64,000 nt of DNA, taken from NCBI RefSeq assembly GCF_029227855.1, contig NZ_CP074356.1; one strand, written 5' to 3'. The position numbers were made by a program, and so were the translations under genes. The DNA comes from Escherichia coli (GTDB taxonomy: Bacteria > Pseudomonadota > Gammaproteobacteria > Enterobacterales > Enterobacteriaceae). The notes under the pieces were generated by a model that made no database searches, had not been told where the DNA came from, and saw nothing but the letters and a program-made list of their open reading frames with translations. Position 1 is the first letter of the stretch. Every line of letters begins with the position of its first letter. Shown piece by piece: positions 43,376 to 56,821 of the stretch.

Positions 43376-44254
43376 TCAGGCCAGTTTATGGTTAGCCATT
43401 AATTCCAGCGCCTGCACTAACGCAGAGTGATCCAACTGGCTGCCACCGTTTGCCGCACAGGTATTAAACAATTCCTGGCAGGTCGCGGTGTTTGGCAGGT
43501 TCAGCGCCAGTGCTTTCGCACTTTGCAGTGCCAGGTTGAGATCTTTCTGGTGCAGCGCAATTTTAAAACCTGGATTAAAGGTGCGTTTAATCATGCGCTC
43601 ACCGTGAACTTCCAGAATACGTGAGGAAGCAAAGCCGCCCATCAGCGCCTGGCGCACACGTACCGGATCTGCACCGGCTTTTGAAGCAAACAGCAGGGCT
43701 TCAGAAACCGCTTCAATATTGAGCGCCACGATAATCTGATTTGCCACTTTGCAGGTTTGACCGTCGCCGTTACCGCCCACGAGGGTGATATTTTTACCGA
43801 GCAGTTCAAACAGCGGTTTAACACGTTCAAATACCGCTTCGTCACCGCCAACCATAATCGACAACGTCCCTTCACGCGCGCCGATTTCACCGCCGGAGAC
43901 TGGTGCATCGAGATAATCGCCGTCCAGTTCATTCACCTGACGAGCGAAACGCTTAGTTTCAATCGGGGAAATGGAGCTCATATCAACAATGGTTTTGCCC
44001 TTCAGCGAGGCTTTGGTACAACCATTTTCACCGAACAGAACTTCTTCAACCTGTGGCGTATCCGGCACCATAATAAAAATGATGTCCGCTGCTTCCGTTA
44101 CCTGGCGCGCAGTTTCAACACTGACGGCACCCAGTGACAGTAATTCATCAGCAACCGGACCAATGGTTGTGACATGCAGTTGATGACCGGCACGCGCCAG
44201 ATTAATGGCCATCGGTGTACCCATAATGCCTAAGCCAATAAATCCCAGTTTCAT
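43376..44254 (-). CDS. glxR: Tartronate semialdehyde reductase
   Basis: 292 aa with an N-terminal Rossmann motif GFIGLGIMG. Confidence 0.9.
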   Translation of the reverse strand: MKLGFIGLGIMGTPMAINLARAGHQLHVTTIGPVADELLSLGAVSVETARQVTEAADIIFIMVPDTPQVEEVLFGENGCTKASLKGKTIVDMSSISPIETKRFARQVNELDGDYLDAPVSGGEIGAREGTLSIMVGGDEAVFERVKPLFELLGKNITLVGGNGDGQTCKVANQIIVALNIEAVSEALLFASKAGADPVRVRQALMGGFASSRILEVHGERMIKRTFNPGFKIALHQKDLNLALQSAKALALNLPNTATCQELFNTCAANGGSQLDHSALVQALELMANHKLA

Positions 44255-44353
44255 AATTAACCTCTTTTAAATTTCGCTTTTCCTGAATTCAGACAACACG
44301 ATCCCCTGCCAACTTAGCGGCCTAAAAAAGCATTGTCTGAATAGCGTTACGTT

Positions 44354-45130
44354 TTAACGGTACGGATCCATCCAGCGTAAACCGGCTTCCGTGGTGGTTT
44401 GGGGTTTATATTCACACCCAACCCAACCGTTGTAGTCAGAATTTTCGATTACCTTAAAGAGATAATCATAATTAATTTCTCCGGTCCCCGGTTCGCCGCG
44501 ATGCGGATTATCGGCAATTTGCAGGTGACCAATTTTATCGGCCCATTGCGTCATAGTGTTGGTTAATTCACCTTCCATCCGCTGCATGTGATAAATGTCA
44601 TACTGAATTTTCAAATTGCAGCAACCAACATCATCAATCAATTTCAGCGCCTGCCGAGTTCCGGTGAGATGGAAACCAGGAATATCAAAATGGTTAATAG
44701 GTTCAATCAGTAATAAAATATCTTCTTTCATCAGCATATTCGCGGCATAACGCAGGTTTTCTACAAGCGTTGCGTGAATCTGTTCACTGCTGAAACCAGC
44801 CGGCGTTTTACCGACCAGACAGTTAATTTTTTTATTACCCAGCGCACGGGCATAACGAATCGCTGCTGCTACGCCATCCCGAAACTCTTCTTCACGGCCA
44901 GGAATACAGGCAATACCCCGCTCGCCCGCCGCCCAGTCACCTGCCGGTAAATTGTGCAGCGTATGTTCGAGTTTATTACTCGCCAGCACCTGTTTTAATT
45001 CTTCAATGTCGTAGTCATAAGGGAACATAAATTCAACGCCGCGAAAACCACACTGCGCAGCTTTCTCAAAACGGGCGAGAAAATCATATTCACCAAATAA
45101 CATCGATAAATTAGCAGAGAAACGTAACAT
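44354..45130 (-). CDS. hyi: Hydroxypyruvate isomerase
   Basis: 258 aa. Confidence 0.9.
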   Translation of the reverse strand: MLRFSANLSMLFGEYDFLARFEKAAQCGFRGVEFMFPYDYDIEELKQVLASNKLEHTLHNLPAGDWAAGERGIACIPGREEEFRDGVAAAIRYARALGNKKINCLVGKTPAGFSSEQIHATLVENLRYAANMLMKEDILLLIEPINHFDIPGFHLTGTRQALKLIDDVGCCNLKIQYDIYHMQRMEGELTNTMTQWADKIGHLQIADNPHRGEPGTGEINYDYLFKVIENSDYNGWVGCEYKPQTTTEAGLRWMDPYR

Positions 45131-45142
45131 TATTTATCTCCC

Positions 45143-46924
45143 TTATTCATAGTGCATGAAGCAGGTTTCAGTTGGTGCATCCACTGCGTTATCGGCGATA
45201 TCTTCAAATTCCATGACATTATCCAGTTCGCTGCCCATCGAAATATTGGTCACACGCTCGAGAATAACTTCCACGACTACCGGTACCCGATATTGCGCCA
45301 TTAAGGTTTTCGCCTGTTCAAAGGCTGGTGCAATATCTTCCGGTTTGAAGACCCGAATCGCTTTACAACCTAAACCTTCCGCTACTTTTACGTGGTCGAC
45401 GCCGTACCCGTTCACTTCACTGGAGTTAATATTTTCGAACGCGAGCTGTACGCAGTAATCCATATCAAACGCGCGCTGCGACTGGCGAATCAGACCCAGA
45501 TAGGCGTTATTGACCAGTACATGGATGTACGGAATGTTGAACTGTGCGCCAACGGCTAATTCTTCAATCAGAAACTGGAAGTCGAAGTCACCGGAAATCG
45601 CCACCACTTTGCGCTCTGGATCAGCGGCACAAACCCCCAGCGCCGCCGGAATGGTCCAGCCCAGCGGGCCTGCCTGCCCACAGTTGATCCAGTGGCGGTC
45701 TTTAAAGACATGCAGCATTTGTGCCGCAGCGATTTGTGACAGGCCAATGGTGGTGACATAACAAACATCGCGACCAAAGGCTTTGTTCATCTCTTCATAC
45801 ACGCGCTGCGGTTTCACCGGCACGTTGTCGAAGTGGGTTTTGCGCAGCAAAGTGCGTTTGCGCTGCTGGCAGTCGGCGACCCATTCTTTACGACACGGCA
45901 GACGACCCGCTTTTTGCATCTCCTGCGCCACTTCAACCAGCAGTGTCAGCGCCGCTTTAGCATCAGAGACAATGCCGAGATCCGGACACAGCACGCGGCC
46001 AATTTGCGTCGGCTCAATATCGATATGAACGATTTTTCGCCCTTCGGTGTATTTCTCTACCGAACCGGTATGACGGTTAGCAAAACGGTTACCGATACCA
46101 AACACCATGTCGGACGCCAGCAACGTTGCGTTACCGTAACGATGCGCGGTTTGCAGACCCACCATCCCGGCCATCAGTTCATGATCGTCCGGGATACAGC
46201 CCCAGCCCATCAGCGTTGGGATCACCGGAACGCTGGTCAGTTCAGCAAACTGTTGTAACAGTGCAGCTGCGTCAGCATTAATTACCCCGCCCCCGGCAAC
46301 AATCACCGGACGTTCGGCCTGGATTAACATTTCTACCGCTTTTTCGATCTGCATACGGCTGGCAGCAGGTTTGTAGACCGGCAGCGGTTCGTACATGTCA
46401 GGATCAAACTCGATTTCCGCAACCTGAACGTCGAACGGTAAATCCACCAGTACCGGCCCCGGACGACCAGAACGCATCAGGTGAAATGCCTGTTGCAGCA
46501 CGCGAGGCACCAGCGCCGCTTCACGAACTGTAACCGCCATTTTGCTGACCGGTTTAGCAATTGCTTCAATATCTACGGCCTGAAAATCTTCTTTATGCAG
46601 ACGGGCGCGCGGTGCCTGGCCGGTAATGCACAGAATAGGAATGGAATCAGCAGAAGCGGAATAGAGCGCGGTGATCATGTCCGTGCCCGCAGGACCGGAA
46701 GTCCCCAGACATACGCCGATATTCCCTGCCGTTGCGCGGGTATAACCTTCCGCCATGTGCGAAGCACCTTCCACATGACGCGCCAGAATGTGACGAATAC
46801 CGCCGTGCTTACGCATCGCTGAGTAGAACGGATTGATTGCAGCTCCCGGAACGCCGAAGGCGGTGGTGATACCTTCTTTCTCCAGCACATACATTGCCGC
46901 GTCAACGGCTCTCATTTTTGCCAT
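45143..46924 (-). CDS. gcl: Glyoxylate carboligase (tartronate-semialdehyde synthase)
   Basis: 593 aa from [13 protein letters not shown], ThDP enzyme family. The upstream in-frame extension in the ORF track is probably untranslated. Confidence 0.93.
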   Translation of the reverse strand: MAKMRAVDAAMYVLEKEGITTAFGVPGAAINPFYSAMRKHGGIRHILARHVEGASHMAEGYTRATAGNIGVCLGTSGPAGTDMITALYSASADSIPILCITGQAPRARLHKEDFQAVDIEAIAKPVSKMAVTVREAALVPRVLQQAFHLMRSGRPGPVLVDLPFDVQVAEIEFDPDMYEPLPVYKPAASRMQIEKAVEMLIQAERPVIVAGGGVINADAAALLQQFAELTSVPVIPTLMGWGCIPDDHELMAGMVGLQTAHRYGNATLLASDMVFGIGNRFANRHTGSVEKYTEGRKIVHIDIEPTQIGRVLCPDLGIVSDAKAALTLLVEVAQEMQKAGRLPCRKEWVADCQQRKRTLLRKTHFDNVPVKPQRVYEEMNKAFGRDVCYVTTIGLSQIAAAQMLHVFKDRHWINCGQAGPLGWTIPAALGVCAADPERKVVAISGDFDFQFLIEELAVGAQFNIPYIHVLVNNAYLGLIRQSQRAFDMDYCVQLAFENINSSEVNGYGVDHVKVAEGLGCKAIRVFKPEDIAPAFEQAKTLMAQYRVPVVVEVILERVTNISMGSELDNVMEFEDIADNAVDAPTETCFMHYE

Positions 46925-47013
46925 TTTATTCCTACCTCTATTAATTGGAAAAATTTTCCAACTTTCAAATTTTGTCAAAAAAACCCGCTCCGCAGAGCGG
47001 GATGCGACAGACA

Positions 47014-47829
47014 CTATGGATGTGCTTTCAGTCCCAACGCCGTGCTGATATCGCGGGCGGTGTCTCTGACCAGCTCACCCTGACTGACAAAACGATCTTC
47101 TGTCAGTCTTGATGAAGGCCCGGAGATGGAGATAGCGGCAACAACACTACCTACATCATCGTAAATTGCTGAAGCTATACAATTCAGGCCGACAACATGC
47201 TCTTCTTTATCTACGGTATAGCCCAGTTCACGCGCTTGTTCCAGGTCCTTCAGCAAGGTGGGCATATCCACAAGCGTCGTTGGCGTAAACTGCTGCAAAC
47301 CGGTTTGCAGAATGATGCTCATCAACTCTTCTTCCGCCAGCGGATAAAGCAGCGCCTTGCCCGCTCCGGAAGCATGCAGCGGCAGACGACTGCCCAGTGG
47401 CGCACACATCCTGACCATCGATTTACACTCTAACTGACCAATTAATACTGCTTCATTGCCGTTACGGATCGCGACATTGACCGTTTCGCCGGAAAGTAAC
47501 ATCAGGCGGCGCATAAACGGCCCGGCGACGGAGAGGACATCGCGGTTATGGATGTACGCCGCACCGACGTTAAAGACACCTAATCCTATATGCCACCAGC
47601 CTAACTGACTGTCCTGATAGACAAAATCCGCTGCCTGTAAAACCTTCAGCAAGCGAAAGGTCGTGGAGAGCGGCAAATCCAGATTGAGAGAGATATCGCT
47701 AACCGACGAACTTCCCCCACTTTTTTCCAGATATTGCAGAATCGCAATTCCCCGCTCTAACGCCTGTGCGCCCTTCTGTGCCACAGGCTCCGCCTGTCCT
47801 GGCCTGCCGCGCCGTCTAACTTCCGTCAT
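47014..47829 (-). CDS. allR: AllR, IclR-family repressor of the allantoin regulon
   Basis: 271 aa. Confidence 0.9.
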
Positions 47830-47906
47830 ACCTACGTTAACTCCGACCTACAAGTGAGCATAAACAATGAACAATTCGTTTATCTTATGCAAGTCGGTTG
47901 CAGGCG

Positions 47907-48389
47907 TCACGCAAAACAGAGTTCCTGTTCAGGAATACTTTCAACATCACAGTTGTCACTGCCGCCGCGATCGATGGTCAGAAAATCGGTGACGCGCTGC
48001 CAGGCGAAAAGTGGATGATGCCAGACGTTACGATGGTAATTCACCCCCTGTTCGCCGTTGGTAATAAACACCCGCAGCGTTGACAGGTCTGGTTTGTCGT
48101 CACCTAACGCCACGACCACCACAAACACTTCACCTTTCATCGGTATAAAGGCCTGAGTGCCCAGCGGATGACGTTCGAGTTCGTGAATGGTCAGCGGCAG
48201 ATTCGCCGGTTGCGCGCGGTTAATGCTGATAAGCGTACGGTCTTGCTCAAGAATCTCAACCAGCGCCAAATCGTGGTAACGCTCTACCAGGCCATTGTTA
48301 ATATGGAAAAAATCCCGTTGCTGCGTTTCGATTACGTCGCCATAAGCACTAAAGGCTTCCTGACTTAACGGTAATACCTGAAGTTTCAT
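47907..48389 (-). CDS. allA: Ureidoglycolate lyase
   Basis: 160 aa. Confidence 0.9.
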   Translation of the reverse strand: MKLQVLPLSQEAFSAYGDVIETQQRDFFHINNGLVERYHDLALVEILEQDRTLISINRAQPANLPLTIHELERHPLGTQAFIPMKGEVFVVVVALGDDKPDLSTLRVFITNGEQGVNYHRNVWHHPLFAWQRVTDFLTIDRGGSDNCDVESIPEQELCFA

Positions 48390-48618
48390 CTTTTTGTCCT
48401 TGCAACATAATTCCGTTCAACCACCGCCGACCGGTCAGCTTGGTTTCAATAACAGGCAATCTAAAACCTTAAGAGAACAACATCAACACAAAAGTTGGAA
48501 TATTTTTCCAAAACTAGATTTAGTCCACAAATTGAACAGGGTTATCATGTAAAAATACTGATAAATCAGAGGATAAGAAAATCACGCAACTTGCGGATTT
48601 AAAAGGGGATACCTGAAG
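48390..48618. promoter_or_regulatory. Divergent allA/allS promoter region, expected to carry AllR operator(s)
   Basis: A 229-bp AT-rich intergenic region between divergently transcribed allA and allS. Assigned by position; the operators were not pinpointed. Confidence 0.4.
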
Positions 48619-49545
48619 ATGTTCGATCCAGAAACCTTGCGGACTTTCATTGCGGTTGCTGAAACAGGAAGTTTTTCAAAAGCGGCAGAACGATTATGTA
48701 AAACGACGGCGACCATCAGTTATCGCATTAAGCTTCTGGAAGAGAATACCGGAGTGGCGCTGTTTTTCCGCACGACTCGCAGCGTAACGTTGACAGCGGC
48801 TGGCGAACATCTGCTTTGTCAGGCCAGAGACTGGCTGAGCTGGCTGGAAAGCATGCCCAACGAGCTACAACAGGTGAATGATGGCGTGGAACGCCAGGTG
48901 AATATTGTCATCAACAACCTGCTCTATAATCCCCAGGCCGTCGCCCAGTTGCTGGCGTGGCTGAATGAACGTTACCCCTTTACCCAGTTTCACATCTCCC
49001 GACAAATCTATATGGGCGTCTGGGATTCGCTATTATACGAAGGTTTTTCACTGGCTATCGGCGTCACGGGAACCGAGGCGCTGGCAAATACCTTTAGTCT
49101 TGATCCCTTAGGATCGGTGCAATGGCGCTTTGTCATGGCGGCGGATCATCCGCTGGCGAACGTTGAAGAGCCGCTAACAGAAGCGCAGTTGCGGCGCTTT
49201 CCTGCGGTCAATATTGAAGACAGCGCTCGCACCTTAACCAAACGCGTCGCCTGGCGTTTGCCGGGGCAAAAGGAGATTATTGTTCCTGATATGGAAACGA
49301 AAATCGCCGCCCATCTGGCGGGCGTTGGCATTGGTTTTTTGCCAAAATCACTTTGCCAGTCAATGATCGATAATCAACAACTGGTCAGCCGGGTAATCCC
49401 AACTATGCGCCCTCCTTCGCCATTGAGTCTGGCATGGCGCAAATTTGGCAGCGGCAAAGCGGTAGAAGATATTGTGACCTTGTTTACCCAGCGCAGGCCG
49501 GAAATCAGCGGATTTTTAGAAATTTTCGGCAACCCACGCAGTTAA
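48619..49545 (+). CDS. allS: AllS, LysR-family activator of allD
   Basis: 308 aa with an N-terminal LysR helix-turn-helix. Confidence 0.9.
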   Translation: MFDPETLRTFIAVAETGSFSKAAERLCKTTATISYRIKLLEENTGVALFFRTTRSVTLTAAGEHLLCQARDWLSWLESMPNELQQVNDGVERQVNIVINNLLYNPQAVAQLLAWLNERYPFTQFHISRQIYMGVWDSLLYEGFSLAIGVTGTEALANTFSLDPLGSVQWRFVMAADHPLANVEEPLTEAQLRRFPAVNIEDSARTLTKRVAWRLPGQKEIIVPDMETKIAAHLAGVGIGFLPKSLCQSMIDNQQLVSRVIPTMRPPSPLSLAWRKFGSGKAVEDIVTLFTQRRPEISGFLEIFGNPRS

Positions 49546-49598
49546 AAATCAAGTTTCCTTGCGCGTTGGCGCGTAAAATAGCGCGCAAGCTGATTTGA

Positions 49599-50708
<1,110 letters not shown>

Positions 50709-50823
50709 TGAGGGACGTATTTGTATTAGTCGCGACTTGATCTGACACATGGCCTTGAAAGGTTGAGAGTTACCGGTTTTGATATGAGTGTCGAATCCTT
50801 ATCCAAAACAAGAGGTAACTCTC

Positions 50824-51195
50824 ATGCTTCATACTGCCAATCCCGTCATCAAACACAAAGCCGGTTTGCTCAATCTGGCTGAAGAACTCAGCAACGTATC
50901 AAAAGCCTGTAAAATCATGGGCGTTTCGCGTGAAACGTTTTATCGTTACCGCGAACTGGCCGCTGAAGGCGGTGTGGATGCGCAGATTAATCGTAGTCGC
51001 CGCGCTCCTAACCTTAAGAACCGTACCGATGAGGCAACTGAACAGGCTGTTGTTGATTACACCGTCGCTTTCCCGACACATGGTCAGCACCGGGCCAGCA
51101 ACGAGCTGCGTAAACAGGGGGTTTTTATCTCCGACAGTGGTGTCCGTTCTGTCTGGTTACTCCATAACCTTGAGAATCTCAAAAGACGATACTGA
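50824..51195 (+). pseudogene. ylbG: ylbG-like helix-turn-helix fragment (N-terminal remnant of an IS-type transposase/regulator)
   Basis: About 123 aa from MLHTANPVIKHKAGLLNLAEEL, an HTH-only protein with no catalytic domain. Confidence 0.6.
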
Positions 51196-51261
51196 ACAAA
51201 TTTTATCAGGTGACGTTCCGTAAAAAGTTGTATGGAGTTCTCGATGCAGTCGGCGCGACTA

Positions 51262-51343
51262 TCAGTACCCCCGCTGAACCCTGGACTATCGGGCCGCCGT
51301 ACTGGAGCATGTCACCCTGGCGTGCCGCTGGTTTTCCGCTAAT
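51262..51343 (-). pseudogene. Remnant of an Rhs 5' end (PAAR-like N-terminal codons), start codon lost
   Basis: About 80 bp resembling 56315-56393, the first ~25 codons of the full-length Rhs, with ATG replaced by ATT and a stop after ~40 codons. Confidence 0.45.
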
Positions 51344-51709
51344 GGTTTATTTCCTCTTTCTTTCCCGGCGAGAATTTATTTTAATCCGGAAGGATTATTT
51401 ATTTTCAGATAGGGACTCACATTAAACACGAAACATTTTAATTAATGCATGGCTGAATATGTATTACACAATGTCAGATATCGTAAAAGACCAGTGCAAT
51501 TCTATGTAAACTCTCTGACTGTTCATTTTATTTGTTGTTTCAGGGTCGGAACTCACCCTCAATAAACAACTGAATACGAGTAGATATTCATCGTCTGAGC
51601 TATATGGCTTTACACAATAGCCGACATGTCTTTTCTCAGTCAGGGATTTTACTTTTCCTCACTACGAAGTTGACGACTTCGATATGGGATAGACTCTTAA
51701 TTCAAGCAA

Positions 51710-52201
51710 TTACTCTGCACAAGCATCAGGCAATCCAGCTCCAATATTTGTTATAAAATAATGCGTAACATTAATTTCACCAACAAAAAAAAGGTTTACG
51801 CTATCCCCTTGCCCTGGTATTTTACCATATTTACACCACACTTTTTTTGTATCTGGATCATTCTCTGATACGATTTTCGCCACTTGTTCCCTGGCCCTCA
51901 CCGTCAATGTTTTCTTAAACCTCCCCCCATCATCGATTGTTAGGGAAAAATAAGAAAAAAAATAATCACCTTCTACATTTGTGGATATTGATATATCCAC
52001 CGCTACATGCGGAAAAAAATCTGGGAGCCATGTAAAAACCCCATCACTTTCTGGTATTGCCATATAGTTTATGTAATGCTTACTTACAAGAGATTCATCT
52101 TTGTGTAAATAAAGATAAGTAGTCACGCATAAAAAAACAACGATTATAATAGCAAAAATAAATATTACCATCTTTGAGATGTTACTTGAGATAGCCAGCA
52201 T
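51710..52201 (-). CDS. Putative immunity protein for the rhsD-locus Rhs toxin, with an N-terminal transmembrane helix
   Basis: An AT-rich ORF of 153-163 aa directly downstream of the Rhs stop, overlapping it or separated by ~10 bp depending on the start. Hydrophobic segment [21 protein letters not shown]. Confidence 0.55.
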   Translation of the reverse strand: MLAISSNISKMVIFIFAIIIVVFLCVTTYLYLHKDESLVSKHYINYMAIPESDGVFTWLPDFFPHVAVDISISTNVEGDYFFSYFSLTIDDGGRFKKTLTVRAREQVAKIVSENDPDTKKVWCKYGKIPGQGDSVNLFFVGEINVTHYFITNIGAGLPDACAE

Positions 52202-55200
52202 CTTGTAAAGCCTTTATCGTTTTTTTATGCTCTGGATTAATATAATCAATACATCTATTTGAGCAATCTTGTGTTAATGGACATGTCAACCCATGTTCAT
52301 TTACAGCCAAGTCTTTTTTATTATCTTCAATCATCTCAGAATGGGATAACTTTACTTTTCTGCCGTACATACCGAACATATTTAACCCGTAATCTCTAAT
52401 CTCTTTTTCATAACCCAGCCCTTTCGCTGATCGGCTAACACCAGCGTCATTTAATTTAGACACTCGACAAAATGCCATACAATGGAAAAATTGATCAGTC
52501 CCACCTAAATTTAATCTCTTCATATCATCATAAGTATCAGATAATATATCCCATGCTCTTTGATGGTTTAGTTGTTCTTTTTTTCGCATTAACGCTACAT
52601 CTGCAGGACTTAACCCTAATGGATCAATACCATTCACCGGATTCAGCGGATACGCATACAGACTCCATCCCCCCGCCAGCCCAATCGGGTCCTGAGCAAT
52701 ATATCGTCCCAGCAACGGATTGTAGTACCGGTTCCGGTTATAATACAGCCCTGACTCCTCATCGTGTTGCTGCCCTGGCAGACGGTACGGCTGGTGCAGG
52801 TGATGCGGGTTTTCCTCATTCAGCAGGTTTCCCCACTCATCATACTCCCCGCTCCACGCCGTATTGCCGTCTTCGCTGATGAGCGCCAGCGGCAGCCCCC
52901 GGTGGTCACAGTGATAAAGATGAATTTTTCGCTCAGGTAAATAAACCGGCTCTATCTGTGCCGCCAGCCGCTCCACCGTCAGCCCGCACTGTGCCAGCCA
53001 CTGGCGGCTTTCACTGCTCACGCGGTCTGCCCGGATTTCCCCCTCCAGCCTGTCCAGCAGCCGCACCAGTTCAGCCGGGAACACCACGCCGTGTCCGTCC
53101 TCGCTCCCTTCCTGCTGGAGCTTCTCCGCCAGGCTGCGGCGCTGCGCTTTCTCCCGCTCGCCGTTCTCTGTCTCGACCCGGATGAGCGGCGTGAAGCTTC
53201 CCGGCTGGTACACCGTCTGGATACGCGTGGTGTCGGTCTGTACTGTCGCCAGCCTGTCGCCGTCCCACCCGTACCACGTTACCTCCGGTTTACGCGACAG
53301 CGACATCCACCCCGTCAGGTCACGCTCCCGCCGCCATACCCGTTTCGCCATTCGCCATCCCAGCGGGTCGTAGAGGTAGCGGCTCTCGACCAGTGGCTCG
53401 CCATGCTGTATCCGCGTGTAGAACACCAGGCGGTGCTGGCTGTCGTAGTGGTAGTGGTGGGTCCGCTCGTCGTCCGTCCGTATCACACCCGCCGGGATGC
53501 GGTCCGTCTTCTCTGTCAGCCTGCCGTATTCATCGTGGCGGTAGACATAGTGCGCATCCTCCGCGATGCGGTTATCCGGCCACGCCGTGAGTGTACTGTC
53601 CGGGTGCAGCTCCGGGTCCGGCAGCCGGTTGCCCGCCGGGTCCGTGGCATACGGGATGCGGATGTCCAGGTCCGGTGCGAGGGTGCGTACACTCGCCAGC
53701 CTGCCCGTGGCACTGTAGCCGTATTCCCGCGTCTGTCGCGGGCCGCTGATGCGCACAAGGTCGCCGTTGTCATTCCACCCGTAGTCACGGTCATACACCA
53801 GGCTGTTCAGGTGCTGGCTCTGTAACTGGCCTGCAGGGGTGTATGTGCTGGTCAGTTCGTATGCGGCATTACTGCCTGCCATGCTGCCAAAGCTGCGCAC
53901 CGTTTCTCTGTGCAGGCGGTCGCGCGCGTACTCCAGCAGCGGCGTGTCGCCCAGCTTCATGCCCGCCAGATAACCGCTACCGTAGGTCAGCCACTCCACC
54001 GGCGGCAGGCTGTCCGGCGTGACGCGGTTTGCCAGCCCCTGTTCGTTGTATGCCTGTTTCGTCTCATGCTGCCACAGCAGTTCCCCCGTCTCCGGGTTCT
54101 TCACCGTCTGGTGCTCACTGGTCAGACGGCCTTTATCGTCATAGCCGTAGTGGACCGCCACACGGTGGCCTTCGCTCAGGTGGCTGATTTCTCTCAGCCA
54201 GCCGTGGCCATCATACTGCCACTGCTCTGCCGGTTCGCCGTTCACCGTGCGGTGAGTGAGGCGGTCCGATTCGTCGTAGTGCCAGAGGGTGACAAGCCCC
54301 TCATCTTCACTCTGCGTGAGTTTTCCGGTCAGGTCATAATGATAACGTTGCGTCCGCCCGTCAAAGCCGCTCTGCTGTACCAGCCGGTCCAGTGCGTCGT
54401 AACGGAAGGCGCTGTCACTGCCGTTCTCGTTGGTCAGCGTGGCGACACGTCCTGCCGCGTCATACTCCATACTGCGCGTCAGCCCGCCCTGCGTGGTGCT
54501 GACCGCTTTTCCCCACGCATCGTACTGTGTCTCGCTCCGGTTGCCGCCCGGGGTGATAACGGCAGTCAGGTCGCCTGCGGCGTTGTACTCATACTGCGTT
54601 TCACGGCCCTGTGCGTCTTTCACCGAGGTTAACCGGCCACGGTTGTCATAGTGGCGGTAAAGGCTGATGCCTTCCTCGCGGTGGACCGCCGTCATCTGGC
54701 CGAAGCGGTCATACTCATAGCGGGTCTGGTAGCCCGAGCAGTCGGTGAACGCCAGCAACTGACCGTAGCGGCTCCAGGTCATCTGCCGGGTGCTGCCCGT
54801 CGCATCTGTTGTCGTGGCCGGTAATTCACTGTGCGGATTATCATAAGCATACCGGATGACGTCCCCACTGCGCGATGTCTCCGATACCAGCCTGTCCCGC
54901 TCATCATACGCCCGGCGGCTCTCCAGCCCGTCCGGGTACACCACCGCCGTCACCAGGTTCCCGTCGTTATAGTAAAATTTCGTCTCCCGCCCGTCCGGCG
55001 TGGTGATGTCCGTGATGTCGCCTGACACCACATTCAGACCGTACTCTGTCCGCCGTCCCGCCGCGTCCGTCTGCGCCGTAAGCCGCCCCACCGGGTCATA
55101 CCCGCTGCGCGTGACGCTGCCGTCCGCCAGTTCTTTTTTCACCACCCGCTTCAGCCCGGCCCCGCCTTCTGTATGCAGCACCTCACGCCGGTTCAGGCTG

Positions 55201-56393
55201 TCCGTGACGGTGATGCGGTCCTGCTCATACTGGTAGCGGTAACTCAGGCCTGCCGGGTTCAGCTGCTCCACCACCCGCCCCGCATCGTCGTAGCGGTAGC
55301 GCATCTCCGGCCTTCCCGCGTAACGGTGCGCCACCATCCGGCCCGGGTGCTGCGCGTCATACGTGAAAGCGCGCACCTGCGTATTGCTGCGGTCATATAC
55401 CGCCAGCAGTTCACCGGCTTCCGTATACGTGTACCGCACCAGTGGCGCACCGGGCAGGCTCTCCGGGTATGCCGGGTCGTGCATCAGCCACACCGCCGAA
55501 AGACGGATGCCCCTGTCGGGGCCGTATTCGGTACCGGGCAGTGTGTCGGGGAACGCTGAGGCTGAAAGAGGGCGGGGGGTGTCAGGGGAAAATAAGGAAG
55601 CGGTGTGCTGTTTACGGGCCTCTTCCGCCCGCTGCGCCTGCGTGGTCAGCACCAGACGGAACTCCCGCCCGGCACCGTCCGTCACGCCGGTGATTTCCCC
55701 GGCCAGGTCACCGGCGGCCTCACGCCGGTACGTCAGCGTCTGCCCGAAGCGGTCCGCCAGCCCGGTAAGCACCCGGTACGGCGGCAGCGGCGCTGGCAGT
55801 ACGTCCTCAGTGCCCGGCACCCGCTCTGACCACCCCAGTATCCACCACGGTCCCTGTGCGCTGTTGGTCGCCAGGTAAAGATGCGGGCTTAACCGGATAT
55901 CCGGCGGCAGCGACGCCCACAGCCGTGCCAGCGTGTGGCCGTCCGGCTGCGCTGCCTTACCACCGCGAACCAGCCACATTGACTCGCTGCGGCTGTACAC
56001 CGCCCCCCCCGGCAGCAGCGGCTCAAAGTGAATGCTCCGTCCGCCGTTGTCGTTGAGTACCAGTGCATCATCGCGTATCTGTAAGCGGATATCAGAAGGC
56101 GCTTTCCAGCCGGGGCCAAAAATCCCCACCGGCGCAGGCGTCTTCGTCCGGTAGCTGCTGTAGGTGCGGGAGAGAATGAACGGCAGCGGGCCGGGCAGCG
56201 CAAGGTCCGTCTCGCCGGGCAGCACCTTCGCCCCCAGCAGCGGATTTACCGGGTTGCCCGAAGTCATCCTGCCCGGACACACCGAGCACGCCACGCCGGT
56301 GGGCGCGCCAATTCTTACACCTGCCGAACCCTGGACAATGGGACCGCCATACTGAGTCATATCTCCCTGACGCGCCGCTGGTTTTCCGCTCAT
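52182..56393 (-). CDS. Full-length Rhs polymorphic toxin at the K-12 rhsD position, with a Cys/His-rich C-terminal toxin domain of unassigned family
   Basis: 1403 aa with a PAAR-like N-terminus [33 protein letters not shown], extensive YD repeats, a DPIGL...DPLGL core end, then a ~145-aa tail with a compositional drop. It lies next to ybbP, as rhsD does in K-12. Confidence 0.9.
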   Translation of the reverse strand: MSGKPAARQGDMTQYGGPIVQGSAGVRIGAPTGVACSVCPGRMTSGNPVNPLLGAKVLPGETDLALPGPLPFILSRTYSSYRTKTPAPVGIFGPGWKAPSDIRLQIRDDALVLNDNGGRSIHFEPLLPGGAVYSRSESMWLVRGGKAAQPDGHTLARLWASLPPDIRLSPHLYLATNSAQGPWWILGWSERVPGTEDVLPAPLPPYRVLTGLADRFGQTLTYRREAAGDLAGEITGVTDGAGREFRLVLTTQAQRAEEARKQHTASLFSPDTPRPLSASAFPDTLPGTEYGPDRGIRLSAVWLMHDPAYPESLPGAPLVRYTYTEAGELLAVYDRSNTQVRAFTYDAQHPGRMVAHRYAGRPEMRYRYDDAGRVVEQLNPAGLSYRYQYEQDRITVTDSLNRREVLHTEGGAGLKRVVKKELADGSVTRSGYDPVGRLTAQTDAAGRRTEYGLNVVSGDITDITTPDGRETKFYYNDGNLVTAVVYPDGLESRRAYDERDRLVSETSRSGDVIRYAYDNPHSELPATTTDATGSTRQMTWSRYGQLLAFTDCSGYQTRYEYDRFGQMTAVHREEGISLYRHYDNRGRLTSVKDAQGRETQYEYNAAGDLTAVITPGGNRSETQYDAWGKAVSTTQGGLTRSMEYDAAGRVATLTNENGSDSAFRYDALDRLVQQSGFDGRTQRYHYDLTGKLTQSEDEGLVTLWHYDESDRLTHRTVNGEPAEQWQYDGHGWLREISHLSEGHRVAVHYGYDDKGRLTSEHQTVKNPETGELLWQHETKQAYNEQGLANRVTPDSLPPVEWLTYGSGYLAGMKLGDTPLLEYARDRLHRETVRSFGSMAGSNAAYELTSTYTPAGQLQSQHLNSLVYDRDYGWNDNGDLVRISGPRQTREYGYSATGRLASVRTLAPDLDIRIPYATDPAGNRLPDPELHPDSTLTAWPDNRIAEDAHYVYRHDEYGRLTEKTDRIPAGVIRTDDERTHHYHYDSQHRLVFYTRIQHGEPLVESRYLYDPLGWRMAKRVWRRERDLTGWMSLSRKPEVTWYGWDGDRLATVQTDTTRIQTVYQPGSFTPLIRVETENGEREKAQRRSLAEKLQQEGSEDGHGVVFPAELVRLLDRLEGEIRADRVSSESRQWLAQCGLTVERLAAQIEPVYLPERKIHLYHCDHRGLPLALISEDGNTAWSGEYDEWGNLLNEENPHHLHQPYRLPGQQHDEESGLYYNRNRYYNPLLGRYIAQDPIGLAGGWSLYAYPLNPVNGIDPLGLSPADVALMRKKEQLNHQRAWDILSDTYDDMKRLNLGGTDQFFHCMAFCRVSKLNDAGVSRSAKGLGYEKEIRDYGLNMFGMYGRKVKLSHSEMIEDNKKDLAVNEHGLTCPLTQDCSNRCIDYINPEHKKTIKALQDAGYLK

Positions 56394-56821
56394 ATAAAGT
56401 GCCCTTTTAGTTATTGTTCATATTCCTGTGTTAGCAACAAAAAAATAAAATGACACACAAGACCAGCTAATGTATTTATATATTTTTCACATAAACTTAT
56501 TTGTTCTCAATCAACAACAACTGTTATTACAGGTCACTTTCAATATTTTATTAAACTAACATTTTTAGCACAGATGAATTCATCATCAACAAATTCACTA
56601 TATGGATAATATCCATTCAACGCATATGGTTTATGATTTTATTAGTCTGAGTTATTTTTGTAGGGCTATATTTAAAATTATTAAACTCCACCGATTCAGA
56701 TTAATATCAGCAATAGAAAGATAGGAAATCACCAATTCAATAACATCATCAATGAAACATATTGTAGAATTAATTTAAACAAGGCGTTCCATTCAACCAG
56801 AACGCCCCTTATTTACTCTCA

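Noticed and set aside
53091-54632. Long plus-strand ORFs (244 and 240 aa) antisense to the Rhs core gene
   Set aside because: They lie entirely within the GC-rich Rhs coding region on the opposite strand and have Arg/Pro/Ala-rich, low-complexity translations with no start context. These are typical antisense artefacts of high-GC repeat DNA.
56394-56821. AT-rich 430-bp region upstream of the full-length Rhs as a possible hidden small gene or mobile element
   Set aside because: No ORF, inverted repeats or direct repeats were found. It is most simply the Rhs promoter/leader region plus the ybbP terminator region.
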